From the NCBI GenBank assembly GCA_007694005.1, contig RECN01000104.1, positions 44,029 to 108,028 on the forward strand: DNA of 64,000 nt. Direction: 5' to 3'. Under the pieces are notes generated by a model. The model saw only the letters and a list, made by a program, of their open reading frames with translations. It was not told the origin of the DNA and made no database searches. Below are positions 57,058-64,000 of the stretch, piece by piece; the first letter of the stretch is position 1, and each line of letters opens with the position of its first letter. A program made the position numbers and the translations under genes. Origin of the DNA: Spirochaetaceae bacterium. GTDB taxonomy: Bacteria; Spirochaetota; Spirochaetia; DSM-27196; SKKC01.

Positions 57058-58491
57058 TCAGTCGGAATGATAGTATCTGCCCGCCTGAATATAGCGTGAC
57101 AGTCGCCACAGGGAGTGTACCAGAAGGCTCGCGCTCACGGCGACCCCTAGAGCCTGAGCAGTCTGTATCGAGGCCAGATACGCTCCGCGGTCTTCCGCGG
57201 CGGACTGGGGCACGGCCGGATTACCCGCTATGTAGGAAACCTCGCTCTGAAAGATGCCCCCAAGCATCAGCGGCACCGGAACGCTCACCGCAAACAGCCC
57301 GAGCGAACGGTAGAACCCTTCCCGGCTGTCGATCAGCTCCTGCCGAGGGTCACGCTCAGCGGCCGTCAGCGTGAACGCAAGGTTTGAGTCGCCCTCGGTA
57401 TCCAGCACGAAGCGCCGTGACAGATACCCCTCGTGTCTGAGTTCGGCGGTTCGCGGTCCCACAGGCCGGTCGAGGGAGACCGGGGTCGTCCCGACAAACT
57501 CCGCTCCGACAAAGAGCTGCGCTCCCGCCGGTTCGGTGACGACCTGGACGGACGTGCGGGGATGTGGAGCGAGGTCTACCGACAGTTCCCGCCGTTCACC
57601 GGAGGATAGATCAACGTCGCTGCGAAACCCCCGGAAACCTGCGGCAGAAATCCGTATCGCCCTCGTGCCGGTCTGCGCGTAGGGAATGACAAGGCGTCCG
57701 AACCCCTCAAGCCGACCGTCGACGTAGACCGCCGCGCCCGAGCGACCGGGATCAACGATTAGCGACGCGAAGTCGCGCCCGAGCAGCAGCCGGGCAAGCC
57801 GATCTGAAAGCGATTCGATTTCGTCGTTCACGTCTTCGGGACGGACGAGTACCGGACCAATCGTGCGAACATCCTCCGTCAGCGTGCGATACAGGCCCAG
57901 CGTGATCAGAAGATACTCGTCCTCGTACGCGAGTGTACCCGAGACCAGCAGATCAGAGTCGGGCGTTTCGCCGGGTGCGGGAAAACCCCGCAGGGATGCA
58001 TCTGCATCTACGTGCCGGACGGGAAGCTCTGACTGCACGGCAATTTCCTCAGTCCGTGACTGTAACAGAGCCGCACGCAGCTCGCGAAGCTCCTCGAGCT
58101 CGGCGGAAAACCTGTCGCGACGAGCGGAGGCCTGCGCCGAGCGATCAAACAGCACGGCGTCGCGCGACGCGACCGCCGAGCGTATTCGCCGCTCTACGTC
58201 TTCGAGAGCGCTTGCACGCAGGGCCGCTGCGTAAGCCTCTCGCTCATCCGCATCCTGAATACGTCGTTCTACGCGTGAGAGCGTTTCCCGTAAAAGCCCG
58301 GGTATACTCAGCGAGAGATACTGATACTCCGCCGGCACCTCTTCGACCGAAAGTGCACCAAACGACAGGCTCAGGCTGTCCCGCGTGTCGACCGGGAGAT
58401 AGTCCCCGGCAAAGACACTCGAGGGCATCGAGGGGAGCACGGCTCCGAGAAGAATCGCAATGACTGCAGATGCGTAGCGTCGTCGGCTCAT
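57058..58491 (-). CDS. PEGA-domain envelope protein
   Basis: 477-aa ORF with a signal peptide and a charged, coiled-coil-like region. Two PEGA-like modules are present (IVDPGRSGAAVYVDGRLEGFGRLVIPY...IRISAAGFRGFRSDVDL; VVTEPAGAQLFVGAEFVGTTPVSL...LRHEGYLSRRFVL). The C-terminus has hydrophobic helices. Confidence 0.6.
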   Translation of the reverse strand: MSRRRYASAVIAILLGAVLPSMPSSVFAGDYLPVDTRDSLSLSFGALSVEEVPAEYQYLSLSIPGLLRETLSRVERRIQDADEREAYAAALRASALEDVERRIRSAVASRDAVLFDRSAQASARRDRFSAELEELRELRAALLQSRTEEIAVQSELPVRHVDADASLRGFPAPGETPDSDLLVSGTLAYEDEYLLITLGLYRTLTEDVRTIGPVLVRPEDVNDEIESLSDRLARLLLGRDFASLIVDPGRSGAAVYVDGRLEGFGRLVIPYAQTGTRAIRISAAGFRGFRSDVDLSSGERRELSVDLAPHPRTSVQVVTEPAGAQLFVGAEFVGTTPVSLDRPVGPRTAELRHEGYLSRRFVLDTEGDSNLAFTLTAAERDPRQELIDSREGFYRSLGLFAVSVPVPLMLGGIFQSEVSYIAGNPAVPQSAAEDRGAYLASIQTAQALGVAVSASLLVHSLWRLSRYIQAGRYYHSD

Positions 58492-58898
58492 ATCCGCTCC
58501 CGGTGGCCACCGGCTTTCCGCACCGCACTCACGATCCGTTCCGGCCGGAACGGTTTCACGACAAAATCACGGGCACCAAGCTGTATAGCACGGATAATCA
58601 AACGCTGTTCGTCCATGGCGCTGCACATGACCACCCGGGCGGCCGGATCGATGCGCATGAGTTTCCCCAGAGCCGTAATCCCGTCCATGTGCGGCATTGC
58701 GATATCGAGCAGAACGACGTCCGGTTTCGCCGTCTGATACATGGTCAGGGCATCGCGTCCGTTCTGGGCCTCGCCAATGACTTGTATCTCAGTTTCCGAA
58801 AGTGCATCCCGAATCGCCTCACGCATGAACGCGAGGTCGTCAACAACGAGGACCCGTATAGGCTGCTTGTCTGATCCCGTGACGCCCGTGTATTTCAT
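58488..58898 (-). CDS. Single-domain CheY-like response regulator
   Basis: 136-aa ORF. IRVLVVDDLAFMRE, VVLLDIAMPHMDG (phospho-Asp), VVMCSA and ARDFVVKPF. 4-nt overlap with the PEGA gene; 2 nt after the prfB stop. Confidence 0.85.
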   Translation of the reverse strand: MKYTGVTGSDKQPIRVLVVDDLAFMREAIRDALSETEIQVIGEAQNGRDALTMYQTAKPDVVLLDIAMPHMDGITALGKLMRIDPAARVVMCSAMDEQRLIIRAIQLGARDFVVKPFRPERIVSAVRKAGGHRERI

Positions 58899-58900
58899 GC

Positions 58901-60011
58901 CTACCCAACCGTAGCGGGCTCCCAGGTCTCACGCAACCAGGCTTCAATGAAGCCGTCAATATCACCATCCATAACCGCATCCACGTTCGAGGTCTCGGCC
59001 TTTGTCCTGTGATCCTTAACCATGGTATAGGGCTGGAAGACGTAACTGCGAATCTGGTTGCCCCAGGATATATTCTTTTTCTCGACTGCCTTCGCATCCT
59101 GCTCGGCTTCCCGCTCAAGACGATAATACTCGTAGAGACGACTTCTGAGAACTTTCATTGCCGTTGCGCGGTTCTTGTGCTGACTTCGCTCGCTCTGACA
59201 CTGAACGACGATGCCGGTGGGAATGTGAGTCATGCGGACCGCACTGTCGGTCTTGTTCACGTGCTGGCCACCCGCGCCCTGAGCGCGATACGTGTCGACC
59301 CGAAGTTCGTCGGGTTTGATATCAACCTCTATGGTGTCTTCAATGACGGGACTCACGTACACCGACGCAAACGAGGTATGTCTGCGCCCGCTCGAATCGA
59401 AAGGTGAGATGCGGACGAGACGATGGACTCCGGTTTCGGCTTTCAGGTATCCGTATGCGTAGTCGCCGTTCACTTCAAGGGTCACCGACTTGACCCCCCC
59501 CTCGGCCTCAAGAAACTCTATTGTCTGATACGTGTAGCCGTGTGAATCGAGCCAGCGGGAGTACATGCGCAGAAGCATAGATGCCCAGTCACAGGCTTCC
59601 GTACCGCCAGCACCCGAATGTATCGTGACATACGCAGGATTTGTGTCGGCCTCGTCGCTGAGAAGCTCAAGCAGCCGGAGTTTCTCGTAACGTTTCTGCA
59701 TGCCCGAGAGCTGGGCCCGAACCTCGTCGGCAGTGTCCTGATCGGCTTCATCCTGCGCGAGCTCAAGCAGCTCAAGAAGTTCCTCGCTTTCAGTCTTCAT
59801 TTCCTGCCAGGGAAGCAGACGGTTCTGCAGGCGTTTCAGATCCGACATTACCTGCTCGGCCCTGTCCCGATCGTTCCAGAGATCCGGAACCGCGCTTTTC
59901 TCTTCAAGCTCCTGAATTCGTGACCTTATGCTATCGGGGTCAAAGTGACCTCCAGGTTGCAAGAATTTCTTCGTTCAGACGTACCGCCTGGTCTTTCAGT
60001 TCTTCAAACAT
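58901..60011 (-). CDS. prfB: Peptide chain release factor 2, expressed through a programmed +1 frameshift
   Basis: The main ORF (58901-59962) carries RF2 motifs (SPF at RISPFDS; GGQ at AGGQHVNKTDSAVR). Frame 0 starts at ATG 60011 (GGAG RBS) and encodes MFEELKDQAVRLNEEILATWRSL before TGA at 59940-59942. Shifting +1 at CTT-TGA-C continues as DPDSIRSRIQ... Confidence 0.9.
59939..59953 (-). other. RF2 programmed +1 frameshift site: GGAGG-TCA-CTT-TGA-C
   Basis: The reverse complement of 59939-59953 reads GGAGGTCACTTTGAC. An internal SD-like GGAGG lies 3 nt before the slippery CTT, followed by an in-frame TGA and then C. This matches the canonical prfB autoregulatory site. Confidence 0.9.
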
Positions 60012-60124
60012 AGAACTCGCTCCTGTTCGTAATAGTGCTACCCTGTATGATATCGAAGAGTGGCTCGGAGGACCACTGCAGGAATGGACAGTTTTCGCCG
60101 ATCTACAAGAAAAGGAGTGTGTCA

Positions 60125-61363
60125 GTGCGCATCGTCATCGTGTTGTCTCTGTTTCTGATCAGCATCGTTCCAGGACAGGCTGAAGAATCCTCCCCCATAC
60201 CGGAACGACTCGCCATCGGGGTCAGGGCCGGCGAAGTGCGGATCAGCTGGCAGGTACCAGATGAGTATGATCGACGTTTTTTTCTCTTCATGCATAATGA
60301 ACCGATAGACACTGAGACCGTCTCAGAAGCGCAGCTCATTGCAGTTCTTCCTGCCGGAAGCGAACAGTACACCGAACAGATCTCACAAGCCGGTGATTAC
60401 CATTTCGCGGTCGTGACCGAACGGGAATCCCGCGAGCCGAGTACCGATATCATACCCGGTCGAAACGCTACGCAGCGTGCGATAACAGTCAGTTTTGACG
60501 ATCCGCTTCCTCCGACCCCGGTCGGTGAGATCCTTTCACTGAGGACAATCACACAGGCAGGTCAGGCTCGAATCAGCATCCGAACGAGCAGCGAAGACAT
60601 GCGACTCACCATCATCCGGACCCTCGCTCCACCTGCGGCTGGACCCGTTCACAGGCACTCATATCACGTCGTTGGAGTCGTCGAGGGCAACAGTCTGCAG
60701 GTGACCGACGATCTTGTTCCGGGAATAAGCGTTTACTATACGGCAATCGAGTCGGAGGTGTTCGATAGCGGAGATATACCCGCGTTGAGGCCCGGTCTAA
60801 ATACGAGTCGTACCGCAGTGCAGATCGCGGGTACCCGCACACCGCGCATCGTGGATCTGACCGGCCCTGGCGCTTCGGACGCTCGACGGCAGACCCTTCC
60901 CGACGTACGCATAGAAAACACCCTGCTCTCGGGAGTTCGGCTGGCGCCACCGGCTCTCGAGCGGGCGCAACGGGCGGTGCTCGATGAACAGACGCAGCGC
61001 GCGGTCACGCGAACGCTGACTCGAATCGAGTCGGAGCCCACACGGCCTGCACCAATCCTGGACGCACGCCCCGACGAGGGGGAAATCGACGAACTGCACG
61101 ACAGCTACCTTCGGCAGATCCTCTGGCTCTGGATACACGAAGGCGGAAACCTGCAGGCCAACAGCAATCTTCGACACTTCATCGCCTCAAACACCGATCC
61201 TGAAAGCAGCTCTAAGGCCCGATTCTACCTGGGGAGAAATGAGTACGAGCTCGGTAACTACCGCGAAGCGCTGTATCAGTTCCTGCTCGCTGAAGACAAT
61301 CTGATCCCACAGACGCGCATCTGGATCCGGGCAACGCTCGATGCGAGACGGTTGTCCCAATAG
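60125..61363 (+). CDS. Hypothetical secreted protein (possible FN3-like N-terminal module, TPR-like C-terminus)
   Basis: ORF 60035-61363. An in-frame GTG at 60125, 8 nt after AAGGAG, gives VRIVIVLSLFLISIVPGQA, a signal peptide. The C-terminus KARFYLGRNEYELGNYREALYQFLLAED looks TPR-like. Family unknown. Confidence 0.5.
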   Translation: MRIVIVLSLFLISIVPGQAEESSPIPERLAIGVRAGEVRISWQVPDEYDRRFFLFMHNEPIDTETVSEAQLIAVLPAGSEQYTEQISQAGDYHFAVVTERESREPSTDIIPGRNATQRAITVSFDDPLPPTPVGEILSLRTITQAGQARISIRTSSEDMRLTIIRTLAPPAAGPVHRHSYHVVGVVEGNSLQVTDDLVPGISVYYTAIESEVFDSGDIPALRPGLNTSRTAVQIAGTRTPRIVDLTGPGASDARRQTLPDVRIENTLLSGVRLAPPALERAQRAVLDEQTQRAVTRTLTRIESEPTRPAPILDARPDEGEIDELHDSYLRQILWLWIHEGGNLQANSNLRHFIASNTDPESSSKARFYLGRNEYELGNYREALYQFLLAEDNLIPQTRIWIRATLDARRLSQ

Positions 61364-61390
61364 TCAAGGAAGAATTGACGAAGACTATCG

Positions 61391-63583
61391 TCAGGAATTA
61401 CTGATTTTGACGCTGACCGAGTACACGGCCGACGCGCCCGGATCGATCTCGAACTCCCAGACCGGGACCAGGCTTGAGCCCTGGTAAATGTTATCGAGAT
61501 GGTTTTCGTGCATCGAATGCGTAACGACCGGCATGCTCCAGACCTCGACGGGATCACGAAACGATACCGCCAGATCGAGCCTGTTGACCAGATCCTCATA
61601 AATCACGGTGCCGACCGCCGACAATGCCTGGCGGGCAGGACCGACTTCGGTGTGAGCAGAGTCCGGGTCCTGCTGTGTGCGCGTCCTTCTCAAAAGAGCC
61701 TTTCGTGCGAGAGCCGGATCGGCTTCAGAAAACACATGTACCCTGAGCGCGTCGACCTGATCCGAGACGAATCCAAGATTCAGTTCGCATCCATAGGTCC
61801 CGCGGAGTGCAGCACCGGAACGGTTCTCAAGCGTCACTTCGACGCCGACAGTACTGCCTTCGAAGTGATATCGCTTGCGTAGTCGCATAGCCTGAGGTCC
61901 TGCTTCGGTCTCAATTTCAAAGGTGCAATCAAGAATCAGGTGGTTGCCTGTCCGGTTGTACTCCACAATCGAAAACAGACAGTTGTACACCTCCGCTCGT
62001 TCCGCATAGTGCATCGAGTCGAACTGTTCGATTGTCGTACCGGGAGTAAAGAAATGGTCGATAAAGGACCTGCGGGTATACCGGTCAAATACCGTGTCGT
62101 CACCGAGTTCCTCGTGATACCGTTCCATGTGGCGCGACATCACGTCCATGTAGTTCCACGGCTCGGGCAGGTAGTCCAGCTCGACAAGACGCCCGCCCTC
62201 ACGGTGAACGTATGCGTTCATCTCCTGACCCTGATAGAGATACTCCTCAAGCCCGTCCATATCGTAGTCGACGGACACGATGGATGGAATGAAAATCCCC
62301 TTTTCCCGGGTTACCTTCTCCGCTTCGATCAGTGAGCTATACACCGCTTTTCTCAGATGATTGTGGTAGATGCCCCCGGCCGCACCGTGCCAGTACGCGG
62401 TGTGCGACTGTCCTTTCCAGAGTTCTTCTCGAGCAGCCTGCTTACGGTACTTATCCCCTCGTATCTGGTTTACAAGCACATGTGCGTACTGCATTTTCGC
62501 GTACAGCATGTTGCTCTCGGGATAGCGGGTCAGAAAATCACGAAAAAACCCTCCAGCAAGATAGCCGTCGTCCTCGTCACTTCCGTTCAACACCGAGCGA
62601 ACATGCAACAGCGTCCGCTGACGCCGGGGGTTGAGTGTCCAGAGCATCATGTCATCGTGGCTCGTAGCCGGAAAGTATGCGCGTTTCCTCGGCTGCCGTG
62701 TCCGGAGATACTGAGAGGGTGATGTCAGCGTCAACCATTCCGACTCCTTCTGAGCCAGGGTCAGGAAGCGCTCGAGCCAGCGGTCATCGTAATCCGGATG
62801 CGAGTTAGCGCTTACGTTCGCATAGCGCCTCCCGTCATACATCATGGAAACGACACCGGCACCGTCCTCCGTAGCGAGGTTCCGTATAGTCTCAAGAACC
62901 TGTTCGGGAGGGGTTACCCCGATATGTTCTTCGAGTTCGCGACGAACGGGAAAGACTACAACGATCTTTCCCTGATCCTCGGTCAGACACGGTTTTACAA
63001 GTTCTTCCGAGTAGAGACCCGCGACCCTGAAGTGATGATCGTCGAGGAAGATGTGTTCGATCCCGCTGTTCTTCAGGGTAGACGCGAGAAATGGTTCCCA
63101 TACGTGCTCGGTGATCCATGCGCCGCGTGGACGCTTTCCGAATCGCTTGCGCAGAAAGGTTGTCAAACCTTCAATCTGTCCGAGTGAATCCTGCCGCGGT
63201 ATGAGGCTGAAAACCGGATCCCAGAACCCTCCCCCGAGCATTTCCAGCTGCTTGCGCTGAACCATTTCTCCGAGGACGTCGGTAAACTCTGAATGAGTCG
63301 AGTCAAGCCAGGTAAGCAGGGTCCCGGAGTAATGAAGCGTCAGGGGAACGTTCGGCAGGTTATACAGGACCCTGAGAAAGGGCTTGTAAATGCGCTGGTA
63401 TACACGCTCGAATTCCTTCTGCGGGGTGCCAACCGGGAGACTATTCGTTGTTCCGAAGATAAGCGATATCGATTTCAACAGCAGACACCCGCGATCGTGT
63501 TTTAATTGGCCATGGAGCCGAAAAGCCGGAAGAGAAACGTGATTTCGCCACAATAGCATTACCGCCACGGCTGCTGCAAGCAA
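61391..63583 (-). CDS. GH57-family alpha-glucan enzyme (4-alpha-glucanotransferase/AmyC-like, with a C-terminal DUF1926-like region)
   Basis: 730-aa maximal ORF. ISLIFGTTNSLPVGTPQKEFERVYQRIYKPFLRVLYNLPNVPLTLHYSGTLLTWL aligns with the GH57 N-terminus INFIFGIHNHQPLGNF...YRPF...HFSGPLLEWI. AWITEHVWEP matches the nucleophile region WLTERVWQP. The true start is probably TTG 63478 (MKSISLIFG...). Confidence 0.65.
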   Translation of the reverse strand: MLAAAVAVMLLWRNHVSLPAFRLHGQLKHDRGCLLLKSISLIFGTTNSLPVGTPQKEFERVYQRIYKPFLRVLYNLPNVPLTLHYSGTLLTWLDSTHSEFTDVLGEMVQRKQLEMLGGGFWDPVFSLIPRQDSLGQIEGLTTFLRKRFGKRPRGAWITEHVWEPFLASTLKNSGIEHIFLDDHHFRVAGLYSEELVKPCLTEDQGKIVVVFPVRRELEEHIGVTPPEQVLETIRNLATEDGAGVVSMMYDGRRYANVSANSHPDYDDRWLERFLTLAQKESEWLTLTSPSQYLRTRQPRKRAYFPATSHDDMMLWTLNPRRQRTLLHVRSVLNGSDEDDGYLAGGFFRDFLTRYPESNMLYAKMQYAHVLVNQIRGDKYRKQAAREELWKGQSHTAYWHGAAGGIYHNHLRKAVYSSLIEAEKVTREKGIFIPSIVSVDYDMDGLEEYLYQGQEMNAYVHREGGRLVELDYLPEPWNYMDVMSRHMERYHEELGDDTVFDRYTRRSFIDHFFTPGTTIEQFDSMHYAERAEVYNCLFSIVEYNRTGNHLILDCTFEIETEAGPQAMRLRKRYHFEGSTVGVEVTLENRSGAALRGTYGCELNLGFVSDQVDALRVHVFSEADPALARKALLRRTRTQQDPDSAHTEVGPARQALSAVGTVIYEDLVNRLDLAVSFRDPVEVWSMPVVTHSMHENHLDNIYQGSSLVPVWEFEIDPGASAVYSVSVKISNS

Positions 63584-63622
63584 AGCATTCCGCCGACCGC
63601 TCAGCCGTGATATCGGTCGGAC

Positions 63623-64000
63623 CTATCGCAATCCGCCCGTCAGCAGATTGCTGATATCTTTCAATGTCTTGCGCGACGCTTCCTGATAGCCCGTTGGATC
63701 GTGCAGCACGGCAAGACCGAAATAGTGGCTCAATCCCATAAGTACGGTTCCCGCGAACCACGGGCTCTCTATCCGAAGCCCGTTCGCTGCCTTTGCATAG
63801 CCTTTCGCGAAGTCATCGTAGTAGCGCCTGACTGCTGCCGGTGTGACAAACTCGGCTTCGCGGACTATGTTGTAGCAGCTCGGGTCAACATTGCTGATAT
63901 AGAAGGCAAACAGCACCATCCCCTGGAGTTCTTTCTCGAGTCGACTGAGATCAGACCGGAGATTACTGCTGATGAACTGACGGATCTGATGACTGATGGT
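63623..64000 (-). CDS. Hypothetical protein, C-terminal part only (possibly the ligand-binding half of a TetR-type regulator)
   Basis: The minus-strand frame is open from nt 64000 to the stop at 63623 (TISHQIRQFISSNLRSDLSRLEKELQGMVLFAFYISNV...). It is all-helical in character. The N-terminus lies outside the window, so the family is a guess. Confidence 0.3.
   Translation of the reverse strand, partial: TISHQIRQFISSNLRSDLSRLEKELQGMVLFAFYISNVDPSCYNIVREAEFVTPAAVRRYYDDFAKGYAKAANGLRIESPWFAGTVLMGLSHYFGLAVLHDPTGYQEASRKTLKDISNLLTGGLR

Noticed and set aside
1-64000. Window-wide look for CRISPR repeats, tRNA/rRNA, IS or transposase, integrase, restriction-modification or other defence-island hallmarks, and large direct or inverted repeats
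   Set aside because: Coding density leaves no gap over ~135 nt, and none of the ORF products shows nuclease/helicase/methylase/transposase/integrase motifs. No periodic repeat was seen by eye. A computational repeat scan and Infernal/tRNAscan search would be needed to be definitive.

Overview
GC-rich, very gene-dense bacterial chromosomal window with about 48 protein-coding genes. Reading the intergenic gaps by eye, I found no rRNA, tRNA, CRISPR array, IS element, integrase or prophage signature. All gaps are under 135 nt and most are under 60 nt. The content is mainly housekeeping and envelope functions. These include parE-parC, mcsA-mcsB-clpC, a lolCDE-like transporter, ftsY, prfB with its programmed +1 frameshift, sodA and a DD-carboxypeptidase. 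Glycan and trehalose metabolism is also present: treY-treZ, GH38, GH57 and a GH95-like enzyme. The short ParC/ParE, the lipoprotein-type ApbE and the lipobox style suggest a Spirochaetota-like diderm, but that is an unverified guess. I see no classical defence or mobile island. The candidates for under-described biology are listed here. (1) A divergent pair of CPA2 cation/proton antiporters, each tied to a PTS-EIIA(Ntr)-type domain: one is fused, the other is a separate EIIA/PII-like protein that is translationally coupled. (2) A 1840-aa single-chain, eukaryote-style biotin carboxylase/BCCP/central/carboxyltransferase enzyme. (3) A tightly coupled 7-gene operon: MFS-HEAT fusion, MoxR, DUF58, transglutaminase, beta-propeller lipoprotein, ApbE and an AlkP-superfamily membrane protein. 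(4) A two-component system translationally coupled to treY-treZ. (5) A GNAT fused to what looks like a degenerate site-2-protease membrane domain. All functional calls come from motif recognition by eye on the supplied translations. No database search was run.
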